A DNA stretch of 64,000 bases, taken from the IMG/VR virus record IMGVR_UViG_3300024255_000005, one strand, 5' to 3'. Position numbers and translations under genes: made by a program. Shown piece after piece: positions 28,085 to 38,424 of the stretch (the first letter of the stretch is position 1; each line of letters starts with the position of its first letter). The notes beneath the pieces were generated by a model. That model searched no databases. It was not told the origin of the DNA and saw only the letters and a program-made list of their open reading frames with translations. The DNA is from an uncultured virus (IMG/VR IMGVR_UViG_3300024255_000005) (Duplodnaviria > Heunggongvirae > Uroviricota > Caudoviricetes).

Positions 28085-29284
28085 ATGGATATAAGCACAC
28101 TAATTAACAAGCCCGAAGACGACCTTACAAGGGATGAAATGCAAATCTTGGCGGACCATTATTCAATGATGTCCGCCAAGTTTACTGCGTATGAACAGGC
28201 CGTCAAGGTAACACTTAACTCGATTTACGGTGCATTTGGTAATAAGTGGTTTCACTTTTTTAATATAGACATTGCAGAATCTATTACGTTACAAGGACAA
28301 AATGCAATTCTATATTCTGAAAAGATTCTTAATAAATATTTTCAAGAGTTTTGGCCTAAAGACACTGTGGTCCATGAACATTTTAATATTTCTATTAAGA
28401 ATAAATTAGTAAGACCTTCGGTGGTTTATATTGATACAGATTCATGCTACGTTCAGTTTGAAGAAATGTATGAATCTATTGAATGGTTAGGAGATAATAA
28501 ACTACCAATTGATAAGTTTATTATGGAATTATATACGTTCAGAATCAAAGAATATATCACGAAATGTATGGCAAAGTACGCTGAAGTTACGAACACAGAC
28601 AACTTTTTATATTTCGATTTAGAAACAATTGCATATTCAGGAATATGGTTAGCTAAAAAGAAATATTTACAAGACATTGCATGGGAAGATAAGCTTGAAA
28701 TAAACGATAGATACCCTTCTCTTAAGAAGATTAAGACGATTGGGTTTGATACTATTCAATCTTCTACCCCTACATTAGCAAGAAAGCATTTGACTGAATC
28801 TCTTAAATTGATTTTATCTGAAAAGCCAACCGCAGAGATGTTAAGTAGATTAGTTTCCTTTTTGAAAACTGCAAAGAAAGAATTTCAGATGTCTAATGTT
28901 GACGAAATAGCCTTTAATAAAAGAACTAACAATATTGAAAAATACATAGTAGATGATACAATAGAATTTCAATATGGTTTAAAATGTCCTCCGAATGTTA
29001 AAGCAGCAGGATTTTATAATTTCTTAATGAATCAGAATCCTAAGTATAAGAACAAATATAAAATGATTGGTAATGGTGAAAAGTTAAAACTATATCACTG
29101 TAATCATACTACATGTGAAATGTATGCATATCAACCAGGTGCTCATCCTTATGAAATTGCACCACAGGTAGATTATGAAACACAATTTGAGAAATCAGTA
29201 ATAGATCCAATCAACAGAGTATTGAGAGCAACTGGTCTTCAAACGCTAAATAGAAACCTTATTTACTCTGCATCGTTATTTTAA
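28085..29284 (+). CDS. gp43B: DNA polymerase B, C-terminal subunit (motifs B and C, thumb)
   Basis: KVTLNSIYGAFGN, ITLQGQ, YIDTDS, AKKKY; C-terminal SLF. Confidence 0.92.
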   Translation: MDISTLINKPEDDLTRDEMQILADHYSMMSAKFTAYEQAVKVTLNSIYGAFGNKWFHFFNIDIAESITLQGQNAILYSEKILNKYFQEFWPKDTVVHEHFNISIKNKLVRPSVVYIDTDSCYVQFEEMYESIEWLGDNKLPIDKFIMELYTFRIKEYITKCMAKYAEVTNTDNFLYFDLETIAYSGIWLAKKKYLQDIAWEDKLEINDRYPSLKKIKTIGFDTIQSSTPTLARKHLTESLKLILSEKPTAEMLSRLVSFLKTAKKEFQMSNVDEIAFNKRTNNIEKYIVDDTIEFQYGLKCPPNVKAAGFYNFLMNQNPKYKNKYKMIGNGEKLKLYHCNHTTCEMYAYQPGAHPYEIAPQVDYETQFEKSVIDPINRVLRATGLQTLNRNLIYSASLF

Positions 29285-29295
29285 AAATAAACAAA

Positions 29296-29472
29296 ATGGA
29301 TTTTAAAAGTAGAATAATAGAATTAGTTAAACAAACTCCTAACAATTATGAATTAGGAGATAAATTAAGAAAGATGGTTTGGCCTTTAATTTTTAAAGAA
29401 AAAGTAGAAGACACTAATCAAATTAGTATTTTTGACGAAATAGAAGAAAGAAAGAATGCTAGATCCAAATAA
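29296..29472 (+). CDS. hypothetical 58 aa protein (not in the ORF track)
   Basis: MDFKSRIIELVKQTPNNYELGDKLRKMVW...QISIFDEIEE...; fills the intergenic gap. Confidence 0.6.
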   Translation: MDFKSRIIELVKQTPNNYELGDKLRKMVWPLIFKEKVEDTNQISIFDEIEERKNARSK

Positions 29473-29644
29473 CCTTAACGAAGAACAACAGGCATTTGTT
29501 GTAAAATACAAAACAATGTATAATAAGCTTGTTTTACTTCAAGAAAAAATGGATTCTATAAAAAAAGAATCCGATGTTCTTATTGAAGAACTTGAAACAC
29601 TAAGAAAACAAGAAAAAAAAATATTTAAAAATGGCAAAAAATAA
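29456..29644 (+). CDS. hypothetical coiled-coil protein
   Basis: 62 aa ORF overlapping both neighbours. Confidence 0.6.
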   Translation: MLDPNNLNEEQQAFVVKYKTMYNKLVLLQEKMDSIKKESDVLIEELETLRKQEKKIFKNGKK

Positions 29645-30740
29645 AGACTTTACATTCGACGATTTAAACAAGGAATTAGCAACTCTTAATCCTCTAGGTT
29701 CCATTATGGAAACTTCTAACTTTTCAGAAGTAACTGATTGGATTCATACCGGTAATTATCATTTGAATGCATGTGTATCTGGCTCCCTATTTAAAGGATG
29801 GCCTAATAACAGATCATCCTCAATAGCCGGTCCTTCAGGAACTGGTAAAACATTTCTAATGTTAAATACAGTTAGAGAAGCGATCCTGAAAGGATATAAG
29901 GTAATTTATTATGATTCAGAAGCAGCTGTTGATAAAGAGCAAATGGAAAAGTTCGGAATTGATACTTCACAGGTTAATTATCAGCCAACTAATACAGTTC
30001 AGGATTTTAGAACATCCATAACTACAATTACTCAAAAAATGCAAGAGGCAAAAGCTGCAGGCGCAACTGTTCCTAAGGTTATGATCATATTAGATTCAGC
30101 CGGTAACTTAGCAACTGCGAAGGAAATAGCAGATGCTGCAAGCGGTTCAGATAAGTCAGATATGACTCGATCAAAGGTTCTTAAGTCAATATTTAGAATT
30201 ATCATGACTCCCTTAGCAGACCTTAAAATACCCTTCTTATTTACTAATCATACATACCAGTCTCAATCTTTTATTCCAATGCAAATTGCAGGTGGAGGAA
30301 CAGGACCTCAGTATGCCGCTTCAATAGTTCTTATGCTAGGAAAGGCTCAATTAAAGGAAGGTGTAGATAAAGTAGGAATTATAGTAACAGCTAAGCCAGA
30401 TAAAAATCGTTTTGCTAAACCAACTCCTATTAAGTTTCATTTAAACTTTACCGAAGGTATGAACCCCTATGTTGGATTAGAACAATACGCAACATGGGAT
30501 ATTTGTGGTATAACTAGAGGAACTATTGAAAAGGGAGTTAAGACTCCAAAGGCAACTGCGAGAACATGGATCTGCAAGCATTTAGATAAACCAGTTCCAA
30601 ATAAAGAATTCTTCACCGAGAAAGTATTCACGCAAACAGTCTTAGAACAAATAGAATCGCATATTCAACCAATATTTAACTATAATTCAGAAATAGCTTC
30701 AATTGATGTTGAAGAAATGTTAGAAGATAGTGAAGCATAA
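29631..30740 (+). CDS. uvsX: UvsX RecA-like recombinase
   Basis: GPSGTGKT, YYDSE, LDSAGNL, TNHTY, GGGTG and KNRF. Confidence 0.93.
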   Translation: MAKNKDFTFDDLNKELATLNPLGSIMETSNFSEVTDWIHTGNYHLNACVSGSLFKGWPNNRSSSIAGPSGTGKTFLMLNTVREAILKGYKVIYYDSEAAVDKEQMEKFGIDTSQVNYQPTNTVQDFRTSITTITQKMQEAKAAGATVPKVMIILDSAGNLATAKEIADAASGSDKSDMTRSKVLKSIFRIIMTPLADLKIPFLFTNHTYQSQSFIPMQIAGGGTGPQYAASIVLMLGKAQLKEGVDKVGIIVTAKPDKNRFAKPTPIKFHLNFTEGMNPYVGLEQYATWDICGITRGTIEKGVKTPKATARTWICKHLDKPVPNKEFFTEKVFTQTVLEQIESHIQPIFNYNSEIASIDVEEMLEDSEA

Positions 30741-31051
30741 TGAAGTTGAACATAAACAAAATAGACGAAGATAAACTTCCTATTAAATATATCCTAGGGA
30801 TTCAAGAAGAATTAGAATCTTTTCCAGATGCATTTGATATTATGCACATATTTATCACTAGAGCAGTAAGACAGCCTGATAGACAAAAGGCATCTTTTAC
30901 TAAACATGCACTTAATAAATATTTTGCAAAAGGAAAAGATGAAAACGTAGATTCAGGATTAGTTGAAGCCATTGGCATGGGATTAATTGAACAAACTAGT
31001 TCTGCCGAAGGAAAAGAAGCTTATAAAATATTAATTAACCCATTTATATGA
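30740..31051 (+). CDS. hypothetical protein (possible winged helix)
   Basis: 103 aa ORF coupled to uvsX. Confidence 0.6.
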   Translation: MKLNINKIDEDKLPIKYILGIQEELESFPDAFDIMHIFITRAVRQPDRQKASFTKHALNKYFAKGKDENVDSGLVEAIGMGLIEQTSSAEGKEAYKILINPFI

Positions 31052-31641
31052 TAACAATTAGAGATAACTTCATTAAAGATGAAAAACTCCTTAGAGATAT
31101 TGCAAATGATAATACATTTTTTGCAGATCCAGGTGTTTACTATTGGTGGAAAGGATGGTTCAACGAAGAATCAGGCCATGAACCTACCGTAAAACAAAGA
31201 CTCATAGAAGCTATATGGGCAGATAACTGCCCCGTATCAGAAACATGGGATATAGCAGGATTTGAATATTGGACAGGTATTCAGTCCGCTAATCCTACGT
31301 TAGGACATAAGGACAATTTAGGATTTCATTTTGATAAAGATGAATCTTGGTTTAAGAAAACCAACGGAGAAGAAATAGTAAGACCAGTGATAGGCACTGT
31401 ATATTATCCGCCACAGCCTGAGTTCGAAGGAGGAGAATTAATAGTTCATACTGCAGGAAAGGATAAAGCACCTGATGTAATTCAAACCCGACCTAATAGA
31501 TTAATTATATTTAGAGCAGGTGATGATGTTCACGCAGTTGATACGGTTACTAAGGGAACTAGAAAGGCAATTGCAATTAATTTATGGTCAGAGGTACCTT
31601 TTGCAAAAACAAATGGTGATTTAGTGGTAGAACAAGTATAA
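31048..31641 (+). CDS. 2OG-Fe(II) oxygenase (prolyl-hydroxylase-like)
   Basis: HxD (FHFDKDE), FEGGEL, PNRLIIF, distal His (VHAV) and Arg (RKAIAIN). Confidence 0.85.
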   Translation: MITIRDNFIKDEKLLRDIANDNTFFADPGVYYWWKGWFNEESGHEPTVKQRLIEAIWADNCPVSETWDIAGFEYWTGIQSANPTLGHKDNLGFHFDKDESWFKKTNGEEIVRPVIGTVYYPPQPEFEGGELIVHTAGKDKAPDVIQTRPNRLIIFRAGDDVHAVDTVTKGTRKAIAINLWSEVPFAKTNGDLVVEQV

Positions 31642-31651
31642 AAACTATAAT

Positions 31652-32965
31652 ATGAAATTTGGACCTGATTTTGAAAAAATATTCTTTAAATTATCTTTAC
31701 AGAAGCCTAAGTATCTAGGAAATATTAAACGAGGATTTTACACCTCTGAAGATATTGACTTAATACATTTTCTTGCTACCAAGTTCTATGACAAATTTCA
31801 TGAAACTCCTTCAAGCGAGCAAATGAAATTGCTTATTAAAAATGATAAGATCGCTGGAAAAGTAGAAGAGTCAATCATAGATATTGTATATAACGTAGAC
31901 CTAGATCAGTATGACGAAGAATGGTTAACTTCTACAGCCGAAGCATGGATTAAATGGCGTAACTTTGATAATACTCTTATAGATACTATTGAGTATATTA
32001 AAACAACTGAAGTAACACCGGATAATGCAGACTCGATCATCTCTAAGGTTAAAACTTTAATTAATGATAGAAACTCTATCGTATTTAACTCTGACCTAGG
32101 ATTAGACTTCTTTAAACCGGAGGATCACTCTTTCGAAGATGCCGTTAAAGTATCTACAGGATATAACTTTTTAGATCGAGCCTTAAACGGTGGTTATGAT
32201 AAAGATGGTTCTTTAGTTGTTTATGTAGGTGAACAGAATATCGGTAAATCAATTTACCTTGCTAACGATGCTGCTAATTTTGTAAAGATGGGAACAAACA
32301 CTGCGGTAATCACTGCAGAAATGTCAGCTATTAAATTTATGAAAAGAATCGGTTCTAATTTACTAAGCATAAATATTTCAGACTACGAAGAAAAATCTAA
32401 AAATTCTGATTTGATCAAAAGAAAATTAGAAACAGTAGGAGACGGCTTTACTCCTCCTGGTCAATTATTTGTAAAACAATTTCCAACATCACAGGCGACT
32501 GTTCCAGATATTGAAGCATACTTAAAGCAAATTGAAGAAGAAAGAAAAATAAAACTAGGTGCAGTAGTTATTGACTATATTAATATTCTTTCTAATTTTA
32601 GAAATCCTAATTCTGAAAACACATATCTTAAGATCAAGCAGATTGCAGAAGATCTTAGAGCAATGGGTGTAAGAAACGGATGGCTAATTGTAACAGCAAC
32701 CCAAATTACAAGAAACGGATATAATTCAAGTGATATCACAATGACAGATGTTGCAGAATCAGCAGGTCTTTCACATACAGCTGATGTTATGCTTGGTATT
32801 ATACAAGACGATATGATGAGAGCAAGTTATGAATATTGGCTCAAAATATTAAAGATACGTGACGGTGAAGGTAGAGGTTCAAAATGTAAATTAGGAATTA
32901 ATTACAATTTTATGAGACTTACTGAAACTGACGAAATTACTAACTCCAACATACACAGCTTATAA
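31652..32965 (+). CDS. gp41: replicative DnaB-like helicase
   Basis: GEQNIGKS, TAEMS, IDYIN, TATQ, AESAG and KIRDG. Confidence 0.93.
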   Translation: MKFGPDFEKIFFKLSLQKPKYLGNIKRGFYTSEDIDLIHFLATKFYDKFHETPSSEQMKLLIKNDKIAGKVEESIIDIVYNVDLDQYDEEWLTSTAEAWIKWRNFDNTLIDTIEYIKTTEVTPDNADSIISKVKTLINDRNSIVFNSDLGLDFFKPEDHSFEDAVKVSTGYNFLDRALNGGYDKDGSLVVYVGEQNIGKSIYLANDAANFVKMGTNTAVITAEMSAIKFMKRIGSNLLSINISDYEEKSKNSDLIKRKLETVGDGFTPPGQLFVKQFPTSQATVPDIEAYLKQIEEERKIKLGAVVIDYINILSNFRNPNSENTYLKIKQIAEDLRAMGVRNGWLIVTATQITRNGYNSSDITMTDVAESAGLSHTADVMLGIIQDDMMRASYEYWLKILKIRDGEGRGSKCKLGINYNFMRLTETDEITNSNIHSL

Positions 32966-32967
32966 TT

Positions 32968-33414
32968 ATGAGAACAAAAAGAGATAAAATATTTGACAAC
33001 ACTTTCGAAGACGGAGGAGACTTTGAATTAAATGGAACTATTTCATTTAACCTTAATCCACAATACACGGATAACAGAGACGAAGAAGATAAAATAGAAA
33101 GTGAACAAATCAGAAATAAGATTCATGAATTAATAGAGGCTTCAAGATTTAAGAAGTTTAATGAGGTAGATGAGTTTCAACAAATAACTAAATTAAGAAA
33201 ATTAGACATAAATGAAGTGTATGGATTTATGTATGATGAGTTAAGTGCAAAGTTTTCTATAATAGATTTATTTTCAGAACTATGCGACTACTTTAATATT
33301 AATCCAACTAAATTTTATTCTTCACTAAGTAACAAATATAAGGAAGCCCTTATTCAAGAACTTGACAAGAAAACAAACGTCTTAAAAAGAAAGAACATAA
33401 ATAAACTTTTCTAA
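32968..33414 (+). CDS. possible late-transcription coactivator (gp33-like)
   Basis: C-terminal half (IDLFSELCDYFNIN...LSNKYKEALIQE...NVLK...KLF) follows the gp33 pattern. Confidence 0.45.
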   Translation: MRTKRDKIFDNTFEDGGDFELNGTISFNLNPQYTDNRDEEDKIESEQIRNKIHELIEASRFKKFNEVDEFQQITKLRKLDINEVYGFMYDELSAKFSIIDLFSELCDYFNINPTKFYSSLSNKYKEALIQELDKKTNVLKRKNINKLF

Positions 33415-33416
33415 AA

Positions 33417-34532
33417 ATGATAGAGCCAAAGGTATTAGAGAAACCAGTAAATAGAATCTGGATTCTTGGAGATATGCACCTTGGAGTTCGTTCTAATTCT
33501 CTGGAATGGTTACAGACACAGAAAGATTTTTACGAAAACCAATTTATTCCAACACTAAAAAGAGATGTCAAAGAAGGCGACATTTTAGTTCAGGTTGGAG
33601 ATGCATTCGATAATAGACAAAGTATAAACTTAAGAGTTCTGCACTATGCAGTAGATCTTTTTGAAAGATTAGGCGAAATCTTGCCAGTTCATGTTATATG
33701 CGGTAACCACGATATATGGGCTAAAAAATCCAATGATGTAAGTTCGATAGATTCTTTAAAGTGGATTCCTAATGTCGCAGTATATAAGGAACCTAAAGAA
33801 TTTAAATGGGGAGGAAAGAAAGTTCTTTTAATGCCATGGAGAAGAGATTCATCACATGAAGCAGAGACACTTGCACAATTTCCAAATTCAGATATTGTAT
33901 TTTGCCATTCTGAAGTTTCAGGAGTTTCTTTAAATTCTAAAGTTAAAAACCACCATGGAACAGATACTATTTCTTATAAAAACTATGATGCAGTTTATTC
34001 AGGACATATTCATTATAGACAAACTAAAGGAAAGTTAAGATTAGTAGGAACTCCTTACGAATTAACAAGATCTGATTCAGGTAACACCAAGGGCTTTGAT
34101 ATGGTTGATCTAGGAACCATGGAAGAAACCTTTTACGAAAATACTATATCACCTAAGTTCGTAAAGTTTTATCTTACAGGTCTTTACAATGTTTCTCTCG
34201 GTGAATTTAAAGATAAGATTAGAAATAATTATGTAGATTTATATGTTCCTTCTAATATTGCAACAACAAGTGCACTGTCAAGATTAATAAACAAAATACA
34301 AAAAATAGGTAGAAGAATAGAACCAAACATATACGAATCGGATTCTTTTTTAGACAAAGACCTTTACGATATGGATGAAATAGAAGATCTCTATAAGAAC
34401 TATAACATTCTACACCTATGTAATACGTTCGTTGATGGTCTACAGCATGACGATGAAACCCGAAAAAGAGTTAAGATCAGCTTAAAAAACTTGCATGATA
34501 AATGTGCATATAATTACGATAACGAAGCATGA
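33417..34532 (+). CDS. gp47: recombination endonuclease, Mre11/SbcD-like
   Basis: GDMHLG, GDAFD, GNHD and SGHIH metallophosphoesterase motifs. Confidence 0.93.
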   Translation: MIEPKVLEKPVNRIWILGDMHLGVRSNSLEWLQTQKDFYENQFIPTLKRDVKEGDILVQVGDAFDNRQSINLRVLHYAVDLFERLGEILPVHVICGNHDIWAKKSNDVSSIDSLKWIPNVAVYKEPKEFKWGGKKVLLMPWRRDSSHEAETLAQFPNSDIVFCHSEVSGVSLNSKVKNHHGTDTISYKNYDAVYSGHIHYRQTKGKLRLVGTPYELTRSDSGNTKGFDMVDLGTMEETFYENTISPKFVKFYLTGLYNVSLGEFKDKIRNNYVDLYVPSNIATTSALSRLINKIQKIGRRIEPNIYESDSFLDKDLYDMDEIEDLYKNYNILHLCNTFVDGLQHDDETRKRVKISLKNLHDKCAYNYDNEA

Positions 34533-36202
34533 AAATCAAATCAATAGAATTTAAAAACTTTGCATCATACGGTAATTCAATTCAAAAAATAGAATTCGAA
34601 GATGATAAGGCTGAATTGTTATTGACTCTCGGTAAAAATGGCCATGGTAAAACTACAATTGCAAATGCAATAGTGTATGCGCTTTATGGTAAAGTTGAAG
34701 GCGTTAAGATGGCAGACCTTCCAAATAGAATTAACAAAGAATTATGGGTAAGAATAGAACTTCAATGTAAAACGACAACAGTAGAGATTGAAAGGGGTTT
34801 AATGCCTAACAGATTTAAAGTTCTTTTAAATGGAATTGAATTTGATAAAGCAGGTAAGAAATCAGTTCAAGATTATTTAGAAGAAGAGATATTTGGAATT
34901 CCATACCATGTATTTAAAAATATTATTATTTTATCAGTAAATGATTTTAAGTCTTTTTTGACAATGACAAATCATGATAAAAGACAAATCATTGATAAGA
35001 TGTTTGGTTTCTCTATCCTTAATGATATGCAAAAGCAGATCAAAGATGAAAGAAGAGATCTTAAAATAGAATTAGATTCTTATGAAAAAGAATTAAGTCA
35101 GCTTAGTGAAAACATAGTTTCTGTTAATATGAAATTAAATCAATTATTAGCAGAAGCTGACACTAAAAACAAAGAAGAAATAGAATCTTTAAAAACCAGC
35201 CTTAAAAAATATGATTCTAATAGGCTTAAATTAGAAGAAGCAAGCACCAAGGTGTCTGATATGATATCTTCTAATTCTTCTGACTTACAAGAAAAGCAAT
35301 CTAAATATACTTCACTTAAATATGAGTTAGTAGAATTAAAGAAAAAGCTTGCATTATACGAAACTGACAAATGCCCAACATGTGAAGGTGAACTAACTTC
35401 TTCTTTTCACCAGGAAAGGAAAAAAGAAATAGAATCCAAGGCAGAATCTCTTCCATTAGATATTTCAAATGCTGAAGTAAAGGTTAACGATATTAAATCT
35501 AATATTGCAGATTTAAGAATTAAAGACAGGGCAATTAACGATAAGGTATCTACTATTAATACTAACATTAGAAATCTAAAGAATGAATTGGTAAAGATAA
35601 AGGATTCTTTAAACTCTAATAATGACTTTTCACATTTAAAACAAATCATTGAAGAATTTGAAACGCAAGAATCATCAAAGTCAAACTTAAAAGATGAAAC
35701 TTCTGGTAACTATAACTTCTTAGAAATAATAGAAGAAGTTTTAGGCGAAGATGGTGTTAAAAACCTAGCGATACAAACTATTCTACCGGGTCTTAATGCT
35801 AACATAGCGGCGATGGGCCAAACGATGCACCTACCCTTTCATATAAGGTTTGATGAAAAGTTTAATTGTCTTATTAATCATTTAGGAGAAGAGATCAATC
35901 CACTTACACTATCAACAGGTGAAAGAAAGAAAGCAGACTTTATTATAATTATAGCTATCATTAAAATACTTAAATTAAGATTTCCACAATTAAATCTTTT
36001 ATTCTTAGATGAGTTATTATCTTCAGTAGATGCAGATGGAGTTCACAACATTCTTAAAATTCTATCACAGGTTATTAAAGATAGTAAGATTAATACTTTC
36101 GTAATTAATCACACCGTTCTTCCACATGAATTATTTGATAAAAAGATACAAATATATAGAGAAAATGGATTCTCTAAACTCGATATAGAGGTTATAGAAT
36201 AA
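34529..36202 (+). CDS. gp46: recombination ATPase, Rad50/SbcC-like
   Basis: GKNGHGKT, CPTC zinc hook, LSTGE and LFLDE. Confidence 0.93.
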   Translation: MKIKSIEFKNFASYGNSIQKIEFEDDKAELLLTLGKNGHGKTTIANAIVYALYGKVEGVKMADLPNRINKELWVRIELQCKTTTVEIERGLMPNRFKVLLNGIEFDKAGKKSVQDYLEEEIFGIPYHVFKNIIILSVNDFKSFLTMTNHDKRQIIDKMFGFSILNDMQKQIKDERRDLKIELDSYEKELSQLSENIVSVNMKLNQLLAEADTKNKEEIESLKTSLKKYDSNRLKLEEASTKVSDMISSNSSDLQEKQSKYTSLKYELVELKKKLALYETDKCPTCEGELTSSFHQERKKEIESKAESLPLDISNAEVKVNDIKSNIADLRIKDRAINDKVSTINTNIRNLKNELVKIKDSLNSNNDFSHLKQIIEEFETQESSKSNLKDETSGNYNFLEIIEEVLGEDGVKNLAIQTILPGLNANIAAMGQTMHLPFHIRFDEKFNCLINHLGEEINPLTLSTGERKKADFIIIIAIIKILKLRFPQLNLLFLDELLSSVDADGVHNILKILSQVIKDSKINTFVINHTVLPHELFDKKIQIYRENGFSKLDIEVIE

Positions 36203-36238
36203 AGATATATAAACCAAATAAAAAGATTTCACTTAAAC

Positions 36239-37576
36239 ATGAATAACAAAATCTTAAAATACGATCAGTATTTAAATGAGGCTATGAAAACAGGTTCAAT
36301 CGAACTTGTAAATCCTTCTCTAAATAAAGCAGCTACAATAATCGCAAGATTTGTAAATAAGAAAACAAAGAAGGACTTTAAAAAGTTTCCATTTGAAATG
36401 ATAACTGATATGGGTTCTGGAGTAATGTTTTACTCGAGTAAAGGTACAGAGGCATTTATGGTAACTGCCGCTGCGGCAAAAAACCCTGGTATTGTGGGTT
36501 CTATAATCTATTTCTCAGATGCAGCAAACGCTAAATCTGATTTTTCTATTTCATCTGAAACATTCCCAATCGTTAAATTAGTTGGAGAATTTGTTAGATT
36601 AATGGATAAAAAATACGTTGCATCTATACAGGAGTCAATATTATTAGAAAGAAGAACCAACAGAGCATTCTCTAAAGAAGAAATTAAAATGATCGAGGCT
36701 AAATTAGCAGCTGGAATGGCGGTTAATAAAATAGCAGACGAATTAGAAGTTCCTTATTCTTCAATCATGAATATTAAGAAAGGACAACAGGTTGCAATAA
36801 AGCCTACTGCTGCCGAAACACAAAATGATATGACTCTTAACGATAAGGTTAAATATCTTGAAGAAACAATGGAAGATATTTATGAAATATCTAGAAGAGT
36901 GGCTGCAGGTGCATTTAATTCCTTATTTATTTCGGGTAGAGCGGGTACTGGAAAAACATATAATGTAGAGAGAGCAATGAAAGATGAAGGTCTTGTTGAC
37001 GAAGAAGATTACGTTATGGTTTCAGGTGCAGCATCAGTTATTATGATGTATAAGAAATTCTATCAATATAGAAATAAGACATTAATCTTTGATGACTGTG
37101 ATGCAGTATTTAGAGATGAAAACGGTAGAAACTTAATGAAAGCGGCATTAGATACAAAGAAAGTAAGAAAAATCTCTTATTTAAAAAAGACTAAAGCAGT
37201 ATACGATCCTAAAGACGTGAGTCCTGAAGAAGCATTTAATTTAGAAGAAAGCGGAATTGTTCCTAACTCATTTGAATTTGCAGGAAGAGTAATCTTTATT
37301 TCTAATTTAGCAAAAGAAAAGGCAGATCCAGATGGAGCTATCAGATCTAGATCTATTTTAGTAGATGTAAATCCTGACGATGCAACTTTAATGGAAAGAA
37401 TGGAAAGGTTATTACCTCACTTAGAACCTACTGAGATGCCACTTAAAGAAAAGGAAGAAATCTACGAATTTATGAAAAATGCAAATGATATCTCTATGAG
37501 AACATTCGTTAAAGCAGCTGGTTTAAAAATGTCCGGTTTACCAAATTGGCAAAGAGCAGCGACAAGATACCTATAA
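36239..37576 (+). CDS. HTH plus AAA+ ATPase with capsid-targeting-like N-terminus
   Basis: GRAGTGKT, LIFDDCD, IFISN and AIRSR; HTH GMAVNKIADELEVPYSSI; KILKYDQYLNE|A start; late promoter at 36204. Confidence 0.8.
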   Translation: MNNKILKYDQYLNEAMKTGSIELVNPSLNKAATIIARFVNKKTKKDFKKFPFEMITDMGSGVMFYSSKGTEAFMVTAAAAKNPGIVGSIIYFSDAANAKSDFSISSETFPIVKLVGEFVRLMDKKYVASIQESILLERRTNRAFSKEEIKMIEAKLAAGMAVNKIADELEVPYSSIMNIKKGQQVAIKPTAAETQNDMTLNDKVKYLEETMEDIYEISRRVAAGAFNSLFISGRAGTGKTYNVERAMKDEGLVDEEDYVMVSGAASVIMMYKKFYQYRNKTLIFDDCDAVFRDENGRNLMKAALDTKKVRKISYLKKTKAVYDPKDVSPEEAFNLEESGIVPNSFEFAGRVIFISNLAKEKADPDGAIRSRSILVDVNPDDATLMERMERLLPHLEPTEMPLKEKEEIYEFMKNANDISMRTFVKAAGLKMSGLPNWQRAATRYL

Positions 37577-37579
37577 TAG

Positions 37580-38395
37580 ATGGCTACATATAATCTTAAA
37601 TATAATTCAGATGATTCAGTTGTTAGGCACATAATAATTGGCCTAATAGCAGACTTAAATAATAAAGTATATTTTTATAGACAGTCTAGTGAGAGTGAAA
37701 GAAAAATAATTGATGTTCCTTTCTATTATTCAGTTACGGGAGATGATCAATTTCTAAGAGATACTTTCTTATTTACTACACCAAGCGGAGAAGATTGCTA
37801 TCCTGATCCTGGGTTCGCAGATGGAAATTATGATGCAATTCCAAGGGGAGTAGCTAGAATAACTTCAATGGCAATAGAATCCTCTAAACTAGTTAATAAA
37901 AGAATAATGGGAAATTATTCTAAACTAGATAAAGATGGATCTCTACAAGCTTTTTCTGCTGAGGTTGAAATGATTCCAGTAACAGTTAGTTTTGATATAG
38001 AGATATTAGTATCTTCTAGTCTTGATTCATTTAAGATCACTGAAATGATTATCAAAAGATTATATAAGTCAAATTATTTTAACGTAGAGGTAGGTCATTT
38101 AGACGAGGCAACATACAGATTATCTTCGTACTATTCTTTACCCGAGGATTATGGTCAAGAAAATCCAATAGACTTTGGATTTGACGACAAAGAAAATTAT
38201 AAAATAACATTCCCAATAGAAGTAAACTCATTTATTCCTTCGTTTGAATTTGAAACAGAAGTGCATGCAGGAAATAGAATGTTTGAAATAAAACAAAAAT
38301 CAATTACATCTAATAAAGGAGAAGCAAAGGATGAGCAAATACAGGCACAACCTGACGATCCTAATATAATTGATGAAAACAATACAGATATATAG
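37580..38395 (+). CDS. gp15: tail terminator / sheath stabiliser (gp15-like)
   Basis: RHIIIGL..LNN, IDVPFYY, IPR, PVTVSFDIEI and ITEMI pattern of gp15. Confidence 0.65.
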   Translation: MATYNLKYNSDDSVVRHIIIGLIADLNNKVYFYRQSSESERKIIDVPFYYSVTGDDQFLRDTFLFTTPSGEDCYPDPGFADGNYDAIPRGVARITSMAIESSKLVNKRIMGNYSKLDKDGSLQAFSAEVEMIPVTVSFDIEILVSSSLDSFKITEMIIKRLYKSNYFNVEVGHLDEATYRLSSYYSLPEDYGQENPIDFGFDDKENYKITFPIEVNSFIPSFEFETEVHAGNRMFEIKQKSITSNKGEAKDEQIQAQPDDPNIIDENNTDI

Positions 38396-38424
38396 TTAAA
38401 CAATAAAATTAAACGAATAACAAA

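Noticed and set aside
22749..29284. Polymerase halves as pseudogenes or as an intron/intein-interrupted gene
   Set aside because: Both halves keep all catalytic motifs with clean starts and stops, and the intervening DNA holds ordinary essential genes with no splicing motifs.
31048..31641. 2OG-Fe(II) oxygenase as a TET/JBP base hydroxylase feeding the glycosyltransferase
   Set aside because: Its motifs match the common prolyl-hydroxylase-like phage oxygenases, it is not in the modification cluster, and no methyltransferase is adjacent.
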